64,000 nt of DNA, from NCBI RefSeq assembly GCF_001194135.2, contig NC_068983.1, positions 23,312,261-23,376,260 on the forward strand. Reading direction: 5' to 3'. Position numbers and translations under genes: made by a program. The notes beneath the pieces were generated by a model. The model ran no database searches. It was given only the letters and a program-made list of their open reading frames with translations, and was not told the DNA's origin. Shown here piece after piece: positions 25,071 to 38,439 of this stretch. Position 1 is the stretch's first letter, and every line of letters begins with the position of its first letter. Source of the DNA: Octopus bimaculoides. Its lineage: Eukaryota.

Positions 25071-26529
25071 TTGATTTCCTAATTCAGTTAAAACCGTTTT
25101 TACTTATTTTACTAATAACAATAATTATTTTTACTTATTTTACTAATAGCAATAGGAAAGGCATGAACATGACAATGGTTTATAGGTTCGTTCTATTCAA
25201 TAGGTCTGAGATAAAATTCAGAATGGAGATCATGGCTAGAATGACATTGGCCATATGTTTACTTGAGGACCATCTGGGATTAAACAGCAACAGTCTATTT
25301 GCATTTCAAATAATTACAAATTAGCTAATATTTACTTATTATATTGCAATACATATTTTCCTTCTATTAATTCCTGGAAGCAGGAATTAAAAGATTCAGG
25401 CATTAGGTACATCAGACCATGACATTGTTTTCAAGACCTCCACTATACTGAAAAAAATCACAAGGTGATATATCATCTCTACAGTGTAAATATATAATCA
25501 TACATGAGGCTTTTTCACTGTTGTGGACATTGGCCACATATATAGTATAACTACAGTCATGCAAACTGAATCCATTATCAAATTTAGATCATCAATTGGA
25601 AAGGTATGACCAGGACAACTCTCCATTACATTATTTCATAATTTTGAGGTTTCATTCTTAGGAAGGGAAGGAACGCGTGTGTAAAACAGAAGCTGGCTCG
25701 AATGAAGAGAAGAATTATCAATTCAAATCCAATCATATAAATTTTTTGCACAGATATTTTTCTGTGGCAGAGTGCGCGCGCGCGCGCGTGTGCGTGTGCG
25801 TGTGTGACCAAGTTTTGATTGCTGGGTTAGTGCCCAGTTTTTCATCTCCCTTTGCTGAAGTTGAACCTAGTATTGTGAACTAATAAAATTCTCTACAATT
25901 TTAGTGTTCCCACTGCTTACAATAGCAAAATATACCATTCAGTGCAGCCATTCATTGCAAAAGCTTTCACAGATGAGTTGAGAATAAGTATGCCTCAATG
26001 TAATTAAATAGTTTGCACGCATCTTAGACTGCAAACGGCCTGTTATGTTATAACCATCAATGAGTTTTGCTTCCTCATTTTCAAAAAGCAGCATCTTAGA
26101 TGCAGACTTTTGGGTTTTTCAGCAAAGATATGGTTGGATGCCTTTTCCTAATCATTTCAACTACAAATTGTTATATCCAGGAGATTCTACTCCAATAATT
26201 CTCTTTAGAGAGACTCACCACTAGTTGCTGACAATCACAAAGCTAGTTGCTGTAAGCTTTCTGCACTGAAATATGCCATTCATCTTCCAGTAACTGTGTC
26301 CTTGTGCATGAGTTATAATTATTTTGACTCATGAATATCATAAACTTAAGGTCTATGTAGTTGATAAACTATTTTTATCCACACATCTAATAAATTACTC
26401 TACAATTCTAGATGGCAATGTGATTTTTCCCAAATTCATAATAATGACACATTTTGAGAAAGTTCCAGCACTTGTCACACAGAACTGTCAGTGCAACTAT
26501 GCAAGGTTTTCATACCTTTCTTATTCAGG

Positions 26530-26830
26530 TTATTCTATACAAACATGTGCACAAGATGGAATTCCAGTCTTGACTAACAAGCAAGTGGTTCTGAAGAATG
26601 CTTCCAGGTACCTGAAGAAATCTGATTTGTCTGCCTCAGTCAGAGAACAAACAGCTACTAATATGAAGGCACAACCTTCATGGACCTTCAAGACCAAGAC
26701 CACTGACGTATCTGGATAATGTAAGATGAGCCTCACCTTGATATCCGGACCATCTCAAAACAACACTGCCTCCCTGTTCAATCCAGGATGACCAAAAGAC
26801 GAGTACATCTACTAGTCGTTGATAAGAAGC
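26530..26830 (-). mobile_element. Tx1/L1-like AP-endonuclease remnant
   Basis: GCAFILVAVCSLTEADKSDFFRYLEAF resembles the L1/Tx1 endonuclease segment FRLVAVYAP....FFR.LE.FL. Confidence 0.6.
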
Positions 26831-28384
26831 ATATGTGTGCATCCCAGGAATTCTGGTCTAATATTTATATCTGGTAACTTGAGGTTTTAAAGCAAGGGAC
26901 ATTGTTTCAAAGCTAACCCTAAGTTATTGCATAAATTTGTTGAGCAAAGAACAATGACTTAGTTGATCCTACATTTGGGTCAACTGTGCATGCAGGTTTT
27001 CAGGGTTCTCCAAAAGGTCATATCAGATGTATACAAAGGCTTTCTGCTGATAATCCCACATCATGTGGAATTCTCAACAGCAAGTATTTGTACACTTTTA
27101 GAATGCCACTTCGAAAACAAGTTGGTCCAAGCACCCAAAAGTAACTGGAAACACTCTCTGTGGGACAAGCACATTGTAGTTCAGGCTTCTGCTACTAGAA
27201 GCCACTTGATATGACCCTCAGGCATCAGTCTGCCAACCAGCATCGTTGCGTACAGTCATACTGCCATGTAGTGTGTCTGTTTTACAGTGCTTCACTCCTG
27301 TTTGATTTTTGTGATGGCTGAAACAAAGGAATAATGTGTAACCATGAAATTCTATCTTCTGCTGGGAAAAACAGCAGCTGAAACAGTTGTCATGCTTCAA
27401 ACAGCTTACATGAGTAAAACAATTTATAAGCAGTTCTCAATGATTTTGTGAATTTTTCAAAAACGTCTGTCTTCTCTGCCCCACCCTGTAGCATCTTGCT
27501 TAGAAACAAGTAAGGGTTGGCAACAGAAAAGGCATCCAGCCATAGAAAAAGTCTCAATGAACTCCAACTCCATCTGATCAATGCAAGCATGGAAAAGTGG
27601 ACATAAAATTTTCCAAGTGTTATGATTGCTATATTAATGTAGGAAGTGTTTAAAAAAATATACAGTAGAAATAAAGGAAGTTTAATAATAAATTGCTATA
27701 ATCCTTAAATTACACAGAGAATTAAAATTGAAGAGGCAATATAAATATATAAACAGATACGTCATTAATACACAACAATTAATAAAACTTATGAAGATTT
27801 TTATTTGAAATCAATATGGCTAATGTAAATCAAGAACATCACAACACAAGAATCTTGAAAAGTTCGCACAAAAATGAGATTTAAAAATGAAAATTTAAAA
27901 ATATTCACATTCATTATTGTAAAGTTTACGACAGTCAAAAAAAGTTTTTAAATGACCATGTTATGATAAAATCTTTGTTTTTGTTAAAACATTGCGCTTT
28001 GTTAATGGATGAGGTAAAACACTATTTGTAAGGACAAAAAGGATGTTAATTTCTAACACAAATTCACAGAATATATTATGACTGCTAGTTCAGTATGTCT
28101 TTTATCTTTGAAACTGAGATAACTAGAACATAAAACATCAGTGCCACAAAAATAACAAAACTATCACTTCAATCCAGTCACACTAAACGATGGAAGATGA
28201 TGATGAGTGTGGAAGTACAAGAATCGTCTGCCATCTGAAATAAAAGCAAACCAAAACTTTAAAAATGATTTAGAAAAAAAAAACAAAAAATGTTATGAAT
28301 ATACTTTATATCAGTAGTTCCCCAAAACCCTTTAACATTCACCATACTCTATCAAGTGCGATGCTTATTTATTCACATTTTCAA

Positions 28385-28772
28385 TTAACCCTTTAGCATC
28401 CAGGTTACTGTGAAATGATATGCCTATTGTTCCCTGCAATTTGTTTTGAATTAATCATGCATTATCTTGTAGTTTTAAGATTTTGATGATGTGATTGTTT
28501 ATTTTTAGAATGACATTTTAGGGTAAGTGTAAGAGGCCAGATCTAGTAGGTTTTGATATAGAATAGGTAGACTATTTCTGTCAGATATGGCTAGTTTAAA
28601 TGCTAAAGGGTTAATTAAACATTATCTTAGTAATATCAAGATTTAGATGATGTGACTTTATTTTTTGAATGGCACATAAGATGGGTGCGAGAGGCTGGAT
28701 CTGGCTAGTTTTAACATAAAACAGGTAGAATTTTTGGGCCAGATGCAACTAGTTTAAATGTTAAAGGGTGAG
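28385..28772. mobile_element. piggyBac-like MITE plus a tandem partial copy
   Basis: TTAA|CCCTTTAGCAT...ATGCTAAAGGG|TTAA. Other copies near 23560-23790, 33820-34035, 37085-37328, 38997-39225 and 47293-47515. Confidence 0.75.
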
Positions 28773-29917
28773 ATTAAAATGAAATTTTCTCACAGACCCC
28801 AGTATTTTGAAAGATCTTACTCAAGGTGATTTCACTAACTGACAATATACACATTCTTCCGGTTTCATCTCTCAAAAGATATGCAAGTGAATAATTATAT
28901 GCTGAGGAATTAAACATTTTACACAGCAGCCTTTTAAAATTTTGAACACAGATCATAGACCCCAGTACTACATTTGAGAATCCTTAGAAATCTACAAAGC
29001 CCAAGTTAGGAAATGCTGCTTTATTATAATGACAGGTGAAAATTTTGATTAGCTCATCTGTCTGCTGCCTATAAGCATACTTAATAATAAGATAATTTTA
29101 TGCATTTATGTTTATTTAGCTGAATGAAATAGCACATCAGGAAAATGATACAGACAGGCATTTTATATCAGTGAAAAAAAAATTCATATCTACTCTGTAA
29201 TCCCAAACTAAGTACACCAAGAACTATGGTTCCTGGAGATGTCCACATTTTATTAAAAGGTGAGAAATTTAGCTTCATGATTCTAGGATTAAAAAATTCT
29301 TTGCACAAGATGAAGAGGTATCATAACGGTCAAATAATATTGATCTAGTTATGTTCAAAATTACAATATGCATATGGATTTTTGTTTTGTCACTTTTTCA
29401 TCTTGTAGATATTATTCTAACAATATTTTTAACATTATACGTACACTAAAAGTAGCTTTTGATTTTTTCTTCTACTTGCTACACGTGGAAGAATCAGTGT
29501 CTATGACTTTTGTAGGCCTCTCAAAACTAGAGATATTGATGCTAATGTTCCTCCTGAATCTTTGTAAGATAACACCTGCAGGAAAGGTACAAGGAAGGAG
29601 GGAATTCCTGAGGGACAACATTCTGGGAAGGATTAATGTGGAATCTGGGGGTGGGGAAGGAGGGTTAAGCATAAAAGAATTTTTTTAAATTAAAGTCTTT
29701 TCTAATCCTTAAATCAGAAATGATATGAAAGCAAAATTTCAATAAACTAATGCACTATAAAACAAGCATTACAGCTGAATACGAAAGAATAGGAATGGTT
29801 ACAGCACTAATTAATACAAACAAAATACATTTTTTTCTTTTTCTATTTCAAAATTAAAAATAAGTATGAAATAAAATAAACATCAACTTACAATGAGAAG
29901 TATGAATTTTCGGCAGG

Positions 29918-30238
29918 TTATTTTACGAGGAATTTCCCAAGTAAGAAACTAATTGCAACAATTATTAAGCCAACTATGCAAACAACAATAGGCCAGGTCT
30001 TTTCAGAGTGATTTCCAACACATGTCACTGCGTCAGAAGCAATGCTTTCTTCCTTTTTCTCATCAGGTTCAACAGAATCAACTGAATCAACAGTGCTCTT
30101 TTCCTGTACCTCATCATTTATATTGGTATTCTCTTCTTCCTCTATTTCAGCAGCCTTTGCTGCTGCTCTCATTTTGATCCTTCGAGTTAATACTGTGGTT
30201 AAACTTTCTGATATTGGTGTGTATACTTCTGTTTTTTC
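29918..30238 (-). CDS. Chromodomain-RS-TM gene, terminal exon 4: acidic region plus C-terminal transmembrane helix
   Basis: Acceptor tctttatttttcag|, phase 0. 106 codons ending KTWPIVVCIVGLIIVAISFLLGKFLVK-TAA. Confidence 0.9.
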   Translation of the reverse strand, partial: EKTEVYTPISESLTTVLTRRIKMRAAAKAAEIEEEENTNINDEVQEKSTVDSVDSVEPDEKKEESIASDAVTCVGNHSEKTWPIVVCIVGLIIVAISFLLGKFLVK

Positions 30239-30699
30239 CTGAAAAATAAAGATTAAAAATATACATTTTAAAAACGATTTATTTTCTGTATGATGCAACT
30301 TCCTTAAACGGCTGTTTGAAAAGATATCCAAAACCATTAAAAAAAAACAAAAACAAACAAATAATGAAACTTTAGTTTATAGATTGCCTCAGTCTATAAC
30401 TGGAATGAGCAGGAGCCAAAGGGGAGCCTCTACTTAATTGATCTGCTAGAAATCTTCCTCAAATTGTATTAACATTTTAAATAAAAGACACTGACTAATG
30501 AAATCCCTAATATACACAAAGATGGGATGGAACACTTGCTTGATAAGGGTTATTCTGGGACTAAACTAGGATATGCCACCTTTTTAGATTGCTCAATATG
30601 ACAGCTTTGAATCTGATACAGTATCTTCAAGAAGGAATTGCCTAAAATGTTAACTGATGTGCTATAGCTATTAAATAACATTTCTCTTCTTTATCCTGG

Positions 30700-31175
30700 C
30701 ATAGGCATGGCTGTGTTGTAACAATGTTCATTTTATAATCATGTTATTTTGGTTATCTCTTTGCATAACACCCTGGGCAAGTGTCTTTCTACTGCAACCT
30801 TCAGTTGGCTGATCAATGTATTGTGAGTGAAACTGGGAGAGAAATTTTACAAGAGCCCCACTGTATGGCTAAAAAGCTCACTTTGCAACCATGTAGTTTC
30901 AGGTCCAACCCCTGTGTTGCACCTTGGGCAAATGTCTTCTACTGTGGCCCTAGGTTGACCAAAGCCTTGAGTGGATTTGGTAGATGGCAAATGAATGAGG
31001 TCTGTTGTTTATGTGTACAGAAATGGCTGTGTAATAAGAAGCTTACTTCCCAAGCACATGATTCTGGGTTCAGTCCCACTGTGTGGGACACCTTGGGCAA
31101 ATGCCTCCTACTATAGCCTTGGGCCAACCAAAGCCTTATGAGTGGATTTGGTAGAAGGAAACAGGAAGAAGCCTG

Positions 31176-31236
<61 letters not shown>

Positions 31237-31500
31237 GATAGATAGATACACACACATATATATATACATATATATACATACATGTGTGTATGTATTTGAG
31301 TGTGTTTGTCCCCGCCACCATCGCTTGACAACTGATGTTGGCATGTTTACGTCACTGTAACATAGCAGTTCAGCAAAAGAGACTGATAGAATAAGTACTA
31401 GGCTTATAAAGAATAAGCCCTGGGGTCAATTTGTTCGACTAAAAGATGGTGCTCCAACATGGCCGCAGTCAAATGACTGAAACAAGTAAAAGAAAATAAA
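30700..31500 (+). mobile_element. Tandem SINE copies (old 5' fragment followed by a fuller copy)
   Basis: Two successive matches to the ~410-bp SINE head. Confidence 0.75.
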
Positions 31501-32834
31501 AAGAAAAAATGTGTGCACATTATGTGACAGTTGCGAAGGGGTATCATCGACATAAAAGTGAGGTCATGGTAGGTGGGGGGATACATTACCTTGCTCAGAA
31601 ACAGGTGATGGTTAGTGACAGGCATCCTGTTGTAGAAAATCTGCTTCAACAAATTCTTTCTGAGCCATGCAAGCATAGAAGGAGAGTGGACGTTGAGATG
31701 TATACTTGCTTGCTCTCATCTATTTTCATCGATTGTCAGTAATTATTATCTATCTTTCAAGTAAAGGATCTTTTATTTCACACATCTTCAAAAAGATGCA
31801 ATACCAGCAGATGGTTGAATGGAGAACTGACAACAACACTGCTTATAGCTCATGCTTTTCAGAAGCACAAATGCAAACACACATACAACAGACTTCCTTC
31901 AGTTTCAATCTACAAAATACCCTCACAAGATTTCGTTCAGCTCAGGAACATAATAGCAACACTTGCCCAAGGTGCCATGCAGTAGGATTGAACCTGAAAC
32001 TACATGGATAGAAAGTGAACATCTTAACCACACAACCATACTTCTGTGTGTGAGTATGTGTGTGCACACATACATTTATTTCTTCTTCTTTGCAATGACA
32101 CTATATGTTTAGGTTTCCTGTAAACAATACATCCTAGAACTTGCCGGTTTTGATGTGTGAAGACCAATGGAATAAAAATACCAAATCTGTAAAAAAGGTA
32201 ATGGTTGACAACAGGCTGGGTTGTCTTCTCCTAAATTTCATTTGTTTAAAAATTAATGTTACCCTTATAGATATTTCAACAAAAAGGTTATGGGTGTCAC
32301 ACACACATTTAGTATTCCATTGTCCCTGTAGAGAAGGCCTGTTATTTCACAGGACTCAGTAACTCACTTTATTGTTGGCAGCTCTTACTGAAATGTCTAA
32401 TGCCCATTTCTTACAGCTAACAGCATCTTAACTTATTCAGAAGTAGATTAGTCTCTTCTGCTTAATTTTAGAAAACTGAACCCATGGCACCCTGTTTAAT
32501 ATGAAAATGTTTATGTAATGTTTTCAATAAAAATGTCTCTCCAGCTTACAGACTCAGAAGTTGGATCCTATGTGAATGTTCAAGATGTTTATTTTCCTTC
32601 TGAATGGGATGCTGGTCAGTCACAGTTAACCATCACCAGATACCACTAGCACTAATTTTCAGCTGAGTATTCTAGAGCAACAGGGAATAAAGTATTTTAC
32701 TCAAGGATACAATGTGTCCAGTCTGAGGATTGACCCCCTTGATTTAATGATTATGAGCTCAACTACTTCATCATACACCTTCTCTTATAATAAGAGTTTA
32801 TCACATCAGAACAAAGAAATTTGCCATGACTTAC

Positions 32835-33152
32835 TGTAGTTATCCTGGTTGATGTAAAGGAAGTAACAGGAGTCTGTTCAACGCCTTCATTCGAAAGCTC
32901 TGTGACAACTGATTGGCTGTCAACGACCTCTTCCAGTTGAGTTGTACTGTCTTCCGTAATTTCTTTTGTAACATCTTCACTTGGTGGTATGGTTTCCAAA
33001 TCTTCAGCTGGAGCTACAATTTTTTCTTCAGGCGGAGCTATTATTGGTGTGCTTTCTCGAGACGGTTTCTCTGGGGTGCCTATGTCTCTCTTTACAGGAA
33101 GCTTTGTTCGGGTGCGAGATCGAGAACGGGAACGTGATTTTGAGCGACGTCT
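32835..33152 (-). CDS. Chromodomain-RS-TM gene, exon 3: RS tract plus acidic/Thr-rich linker
   Basis: Acceptor ttttcgttttgctatcag|, donor ACA|gtaagt, 318 nt, phase 0-0. Open frame RRRSKSRSRSRSRTRTK...SFTSTRITT. Confidence 0.9.
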
Positions 33153-34562
33153 CTGATAGCAAAACGAAAAATTAAACATTCTAAATTTACCTTAAAATTC
33201 AAATATTTTAACACTTTAAAAAACTTGGATGAGTCAGAATTTAATCCTTTTGTGATATTTCAAATGGAAAACACAACTGTGTGTTTCAAAGATAAAAAAT
33301 TTATAAGGTTCAGTAGCAGAATAACTTTCTCATTAAACTATGTTTGGAACAAGTAAATAAAAATTTTTCATCTAAACTTATGAGGGTAGATTTTTATTCA
33401 AATATGAACCTTTTAAAAATGGACAGTTTGTATAATCAAATTTGGTACCAAAAGGATTAAACAACATGTAGGCTTGGATATAATTTCATTTTAATAAAAT
33501 GATCTCTACATTGAAACAAAATATGATGTAAAGAGAGATTTTATTCATTCTCACCAATTCCCACAGACTAAGGAAGCTCTAAGCACAAGGTCAAATTACA
33601 CAGCAAATGGAACAGTGTTCAATGTATACAGTCATTTATTCTATTAAACCTAGAAGATGAGATATAGCTGACTGCCATGAGATTTAAACTCATAAGCTAT
33701 AGGAACAAAATTATATATTGTAAAGCATTTAATCCAGCCTCTTGGACTTTTGCCAACTCTAAATGCTACATACTACTAATAATAAATGATGTATAATGAT
33801 GATCCCTGCTCCTTACCCTCTAGCATTTAAACCTCGCTATATCTGACCTGAAGAGTCTACCTGTTTTATGTTCAGACTGGATAGATCAAGCCTCTCACAC
33901 CTCCAAACAATGTTATTCTAAAAATAAATGATCACATCTTTGAAACCTCAAAGCTACAGGATAATTAATGAGTGAATTCAAAATGTGAACAAATAAATAT
34001 CAGATTTGATAGAGTAATCTGAATGCTGAAAGTTAAAGAAGTGGTAGTTTTATGAAGTAGTTTGTTTTGACTGCAATATCTTACTGGTACCTATTAATTC
34101 CAGCAGGATGGAAAGCAGAATTCATCTAAATGGAATTTGAACCAAGGACACTCAACCTAAATATTGTAAGGCATTCAGTTTGATGCCCTACAGATTCTAC
34201 CAACTTTCAATAATTTTTAGGTGTAACATTAACAATGATGAAGGCAGTGAGCTGGCAGAACTTTTAGTATGCCAGATAAAATTGCTTAGCAATATTTCAT
34301 CCATTTGCATGTTCTGAGTTCAAATTTTGTCAATGTATTTAGTTAAGTTGTTTTATATTGTTCAAACTTTGAACAATATAAAACAACCTAACTAAATATA
34401 TGAGCTACTGTGTAAAGCAGAAAAACATGAAATTCTACAAGCAGGCATGTATCTTATGCAAAATCTGTGATGAGCCTAAATATAGGATAAAATCTTTATA
34501 AGAATTTATCAAGTAGTTAGCGTGAAAAACCGCATAAAGGAAAAATTTATTAATTATTCCCG

Positions 34563-34905
34563 TTAAATATATTGATTTATATTAAGAGCATTACTATACA
34601 TAAATGCCTCACGCGAGGAAGGACTCGTAAAGTCAAAACTACCATAATAATATATATATATATATATATATATATCAGTGGCGACCCAGCCACTCGGGCT
34701 GTTCAGGCTTAGCTTGAGTATAAACTTAGTGAAGTGAACATGTATTTGCAAGCTGATTTAATTTCTGCCAACATTAACTTCAAGTATGTAATTTCAGCCA
34801 ATAACTCGGGTTCCTTTGATTGAACCTGGTAGTTTTGACTTTAAGAGTCCCTCCTAGCATGAGGCATTTATGTATAGTAATACCCTTTATATAAATATAT
34901 AAGGT
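34563..34905. mobile_element. MITE with long terminal inverted repeats
   Basis: 34591-34644 and 34827-34880 are a 54-bp inverted pair with few mismatches, extending imperfectly outward. Confidence 0.75.
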
Positions 34906-35487
34906 GGCATTTCACAATTTACAACCGAAAGGCACAAATATAGTTGTGACTAAGGATGCAAATCAGCACCATCAGAAACAAAGAGTCAAAACAACTCTTA
35001 GCAATGGGTAAGCACTTATCTAATGACTGACAAGGGAAACAAGCTCTCAACAGCAAGTGTGAAGGAGCCAGATCCTTGATAATTTTAGATTTGTTTAGTC
35101 CTCATCAGTGACCCTTACCCAGTTGCTGAGGGTTAAAACTTAACATATTCATATATTCATATTTTGAGTTCTATTTTTCCCGTTTGCATCAACATACGTA
35201 TGTATGCAAATACATACATACATACATTACATATAAATAGGGGAAGGGAATGTGTTTATTATTTGTGCTTCCTTGTCTTAACATTGCATGATTGTTGTAA
35301 ATGAATGTTATTCATTTCCAAAATGCTGTGAAACAAGTTTAGTCATACAGAAATATTACTTTGCTTGGAAACAGATAAATGTTGGCAACAGGAAAGGCAT
35401 CAGGCTATAGAAAATCTGGTTCAAACCCTGTCTGATTCATGCAAGCATGGAAAAGTGGACGTTATGATGATGATGATGAACACTTAC

Positions 35488-35646
35488 TCGAGTAGATTTA
35501 TTTCTCTTGTACTCTTCCAGAAGTGGTGTTGCACTTGTAAGATTTGATGCTGGTTCCCATGAGTCTTCTTCTGCACCAAAATTTTTCCATCGAATAAGGT
35601 ATTCTATTTGCCCTCTTTTCTTCCTGTCTTTGAGCACAGCTCCAAT
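35488..35646 (-). CDS. Chromodomain-RS-TM gene, exon 2: chromodomain (IGAVLKDRKKRGQIEYLIRWKNFGAEEDSWEPASNLTSATPLLEEYKRNKSTR)
   Basis: Chromodomain signature EYLIRWKNF...DSWEP..NL. Acceptor tttctgtaattgaag|, donor CGA|gtaagt, 159 nt, phase 0-0. Confidence 0.93.
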
Positions 35647-38439
35647 CTTCAATTACAGAAATAAAAAACTTTTTTAAAAATACAATTTATTTTAAAATGT
35701 TTAAAGCAGTGGTTCTCAAGCAGGGTCCAGATAAGATTTTGTTAAAATTTATCTGTAATAAATTTGTTATACAAAATAATTTGTTATATTCACAAAATAT
35801 TTTAATACAGTTCCTAATAATTAATTATAAAAATATATGTTTATTTTAAACATTGAATAACTAGGAGGGTCCATCTAAGTAAAATATGAATCAAAGGGGA
35901 TTCACAGCCATAAAATGGTTGCGAAACACTGCTTTAAAGGATAAGATTACTAGAAAGGATTTTTTCCTTTTTTAATTGTAAAAATATTGGTCATCAACCA
36001 ATATATTTTCTCTTTTACCAAATATCTGAATACAATTTCACCTAATTAACTATTGGGCTGTACATCTTGACAGAAAAATTAACAGCTTATGGTTGAAATG
36101 GTTTTGTTGATAAATCGCTTAACTTTAGAACATCAGTGTTTGGCAGAGAAAGTCCATGTCAGAAGTTAACAATACAAGAGACTAGGCTAGCTTTGTAAGA
36201 AAATATAAACAATGATATACTATCTTTGTTGGAAAACTAATGTCATGCATTTGGCTTTGGATTCCTCTGTAATGTGGAAATACAGATAATAAATAGTGGT
36301 CAATGATAACTCCTTTTTATTTTTGCTTTCGTTTGAAGGTCATTAAATCCTATCTTGCTAGTATTTCTGTTTAACCCCAGGTCATCTCTAATCCAGCTGA
36401 TCTATGATCACAATATTCCAGTCATGATCATCCAATCTTTTCAATTATAGTGTCAATTACTATCAAATGTATCTTTCCTCATTCTTAAGATAGATTTTTA
36501 TTTCAAGGGACATTTGGCTGCTCTTTTTAGCAGTCAAGTAACCATTAGAGGCTCTTTTGTTGACTTGTCTACTTCTCAATAGTCATTGTTCTTGCTCAAA
36601 CCTAATGCTGGCAAAGCATTGATGGGTGAGGAGAAAGAATACATGCAGCCAGAGATTCAGCTCACATTCTTTCTGGCATTCTAGTTAATGAGTGTGTATG
36701 CTTGTGTGTAGAGACTACATGTGAAACATTAAATATGTATGTTATTCTGTTATTACTATACTCTATATATCTAATAAGTGTTGTTACTACTGTAATTGCA
36801 ACTTGAAACAATCCATTTTACATTTACATACATAAAATAAGAAAATTTAATCAAACAACATTTATTTGTAATAGTACAATATTTTCTGGTATGACTCAGT
36901 GAACAACTTCGATAATTTATACAAGTTTCACATCCAACAAGATTCTTTATTCAATAATATTTTGTGGAAATGCTTAAAACTAAGTCTTCCTTGTGTAATC
37001 TACTACTTATCTATTGACATACCCATTTCACACAAGTGGTAGAAGATAACTTTCAAGTAAACGAGAAAAGCATTTTATCAAATTTAGATATTAATCTAAT
37101 CACTTAACCCTTTAGTATTTAGATTACTCTGTCAAATGTAATATTTATTCATAATGTTTTGAATAAATCATGCATTATCTCATAGCTTCAAGATTTTAAT
37201 GATGAGAGTGTTTATTTTTTTGAATGACACTGTATAGTAGGTGTGAGAGGCTAGATCTGGCCAGTTTGAACTGAAAACAAGTAGAACATTTGGGCCAAAT
37301 ATGGCCAATTTAAATGCTAAAGGGCTAAGCTCACAAACTGAAACCAATAATAATTCCCTATACCCACCACATGAATAATATCAGTGATGTAGTGTAGCTT
37401 TTAGCCAATTAAGATTTTCTATTTTTCTACTACATTCATATCAACTGTTTACAAGTATTAAGCAGTATCTTTTACAACCAGTTGCCACTATTGCAACAGT
37501 TTTTGTTTCTCTAGACTTTTTTGCAATCCTTATTTGCAATCCTTCTGATAAATTCAGCATGCATGATTTTCTTAACAATCTGCTTCCTTTCAATCCTACA
37601 GTGTCATATTCTCCCAACACATCTTGTATTTATCAACATCGTCCAGTGAGTTGAAATTTAAAGTATTACTAAGTTAGTAACACAAGTTGACATTTAATGT
37701 TCAACTTCTGTCACCAAATCTCAAATATTGAGTCTAAGGGAAAGAACTTATTTAAATAGTTATTTAAATAGTCAAATGAAGGCAGTATGTGAAAGAAGTG
37801 TTTAACCTTTTAGAATTCAGATTTTTCAGTCAGATTAATACTTATTTATTCACATTGTTTTAAATTGAATATGCATTATCTAGTGCTTAAATAATAACAC
37901 TGCAATTTTCTCCTACTGTCTGCATTGAGAAACTAAAGAAAATTAATGGTAAATGCCACAAAAAAAAAAAAAAAAAGAGCATCACATACTCTGCTTCTGG
38001 ACTACTCAACAACCAAAATACTTAATTCAGACATCATTTATCACAGAAGGTTGGAATGACTAAGGCATTCATGAACCTGAAGTCCATATCTGTTGAGCAT
38101 GTTTTGGCATAATATCTGCTCAGACAATTCTATAATTAATTAACTAGCTAGCTAGATAATGGGTAATGTACTGAACTGTGAGAGATTAATATCCTAGCTA
38201 AAAGAAAATAGGTTTTTGGCATGTCTCACGACAAATATTGGATTTAAAGGTTTGGCCTCATGACCTGGGTTCTTAATTCAACTCATAAGAGTTGATTTGC
38301 CAGTGTGTGTACAAAAGAATATGAACCTTTTGGGGTTGACACATTGGTTCTGATGTTAAAGAAAATATTTTTACACAGATCTAGTTTTTCAAACCAATTA
38401 AGAATTTTTTTTGTTTGGAAAGCTAGAATTTTGTAGTCT

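Noticed and set aside
29918-35646. Calling the chromodomain gene LBR or an HP1/CBX orthologue
   Set aside because: No sterol-reductase exons, Tudor, chromoshadow or Pc-box were seen, and the ORF stops right after one TM helix. Symbol left blank.
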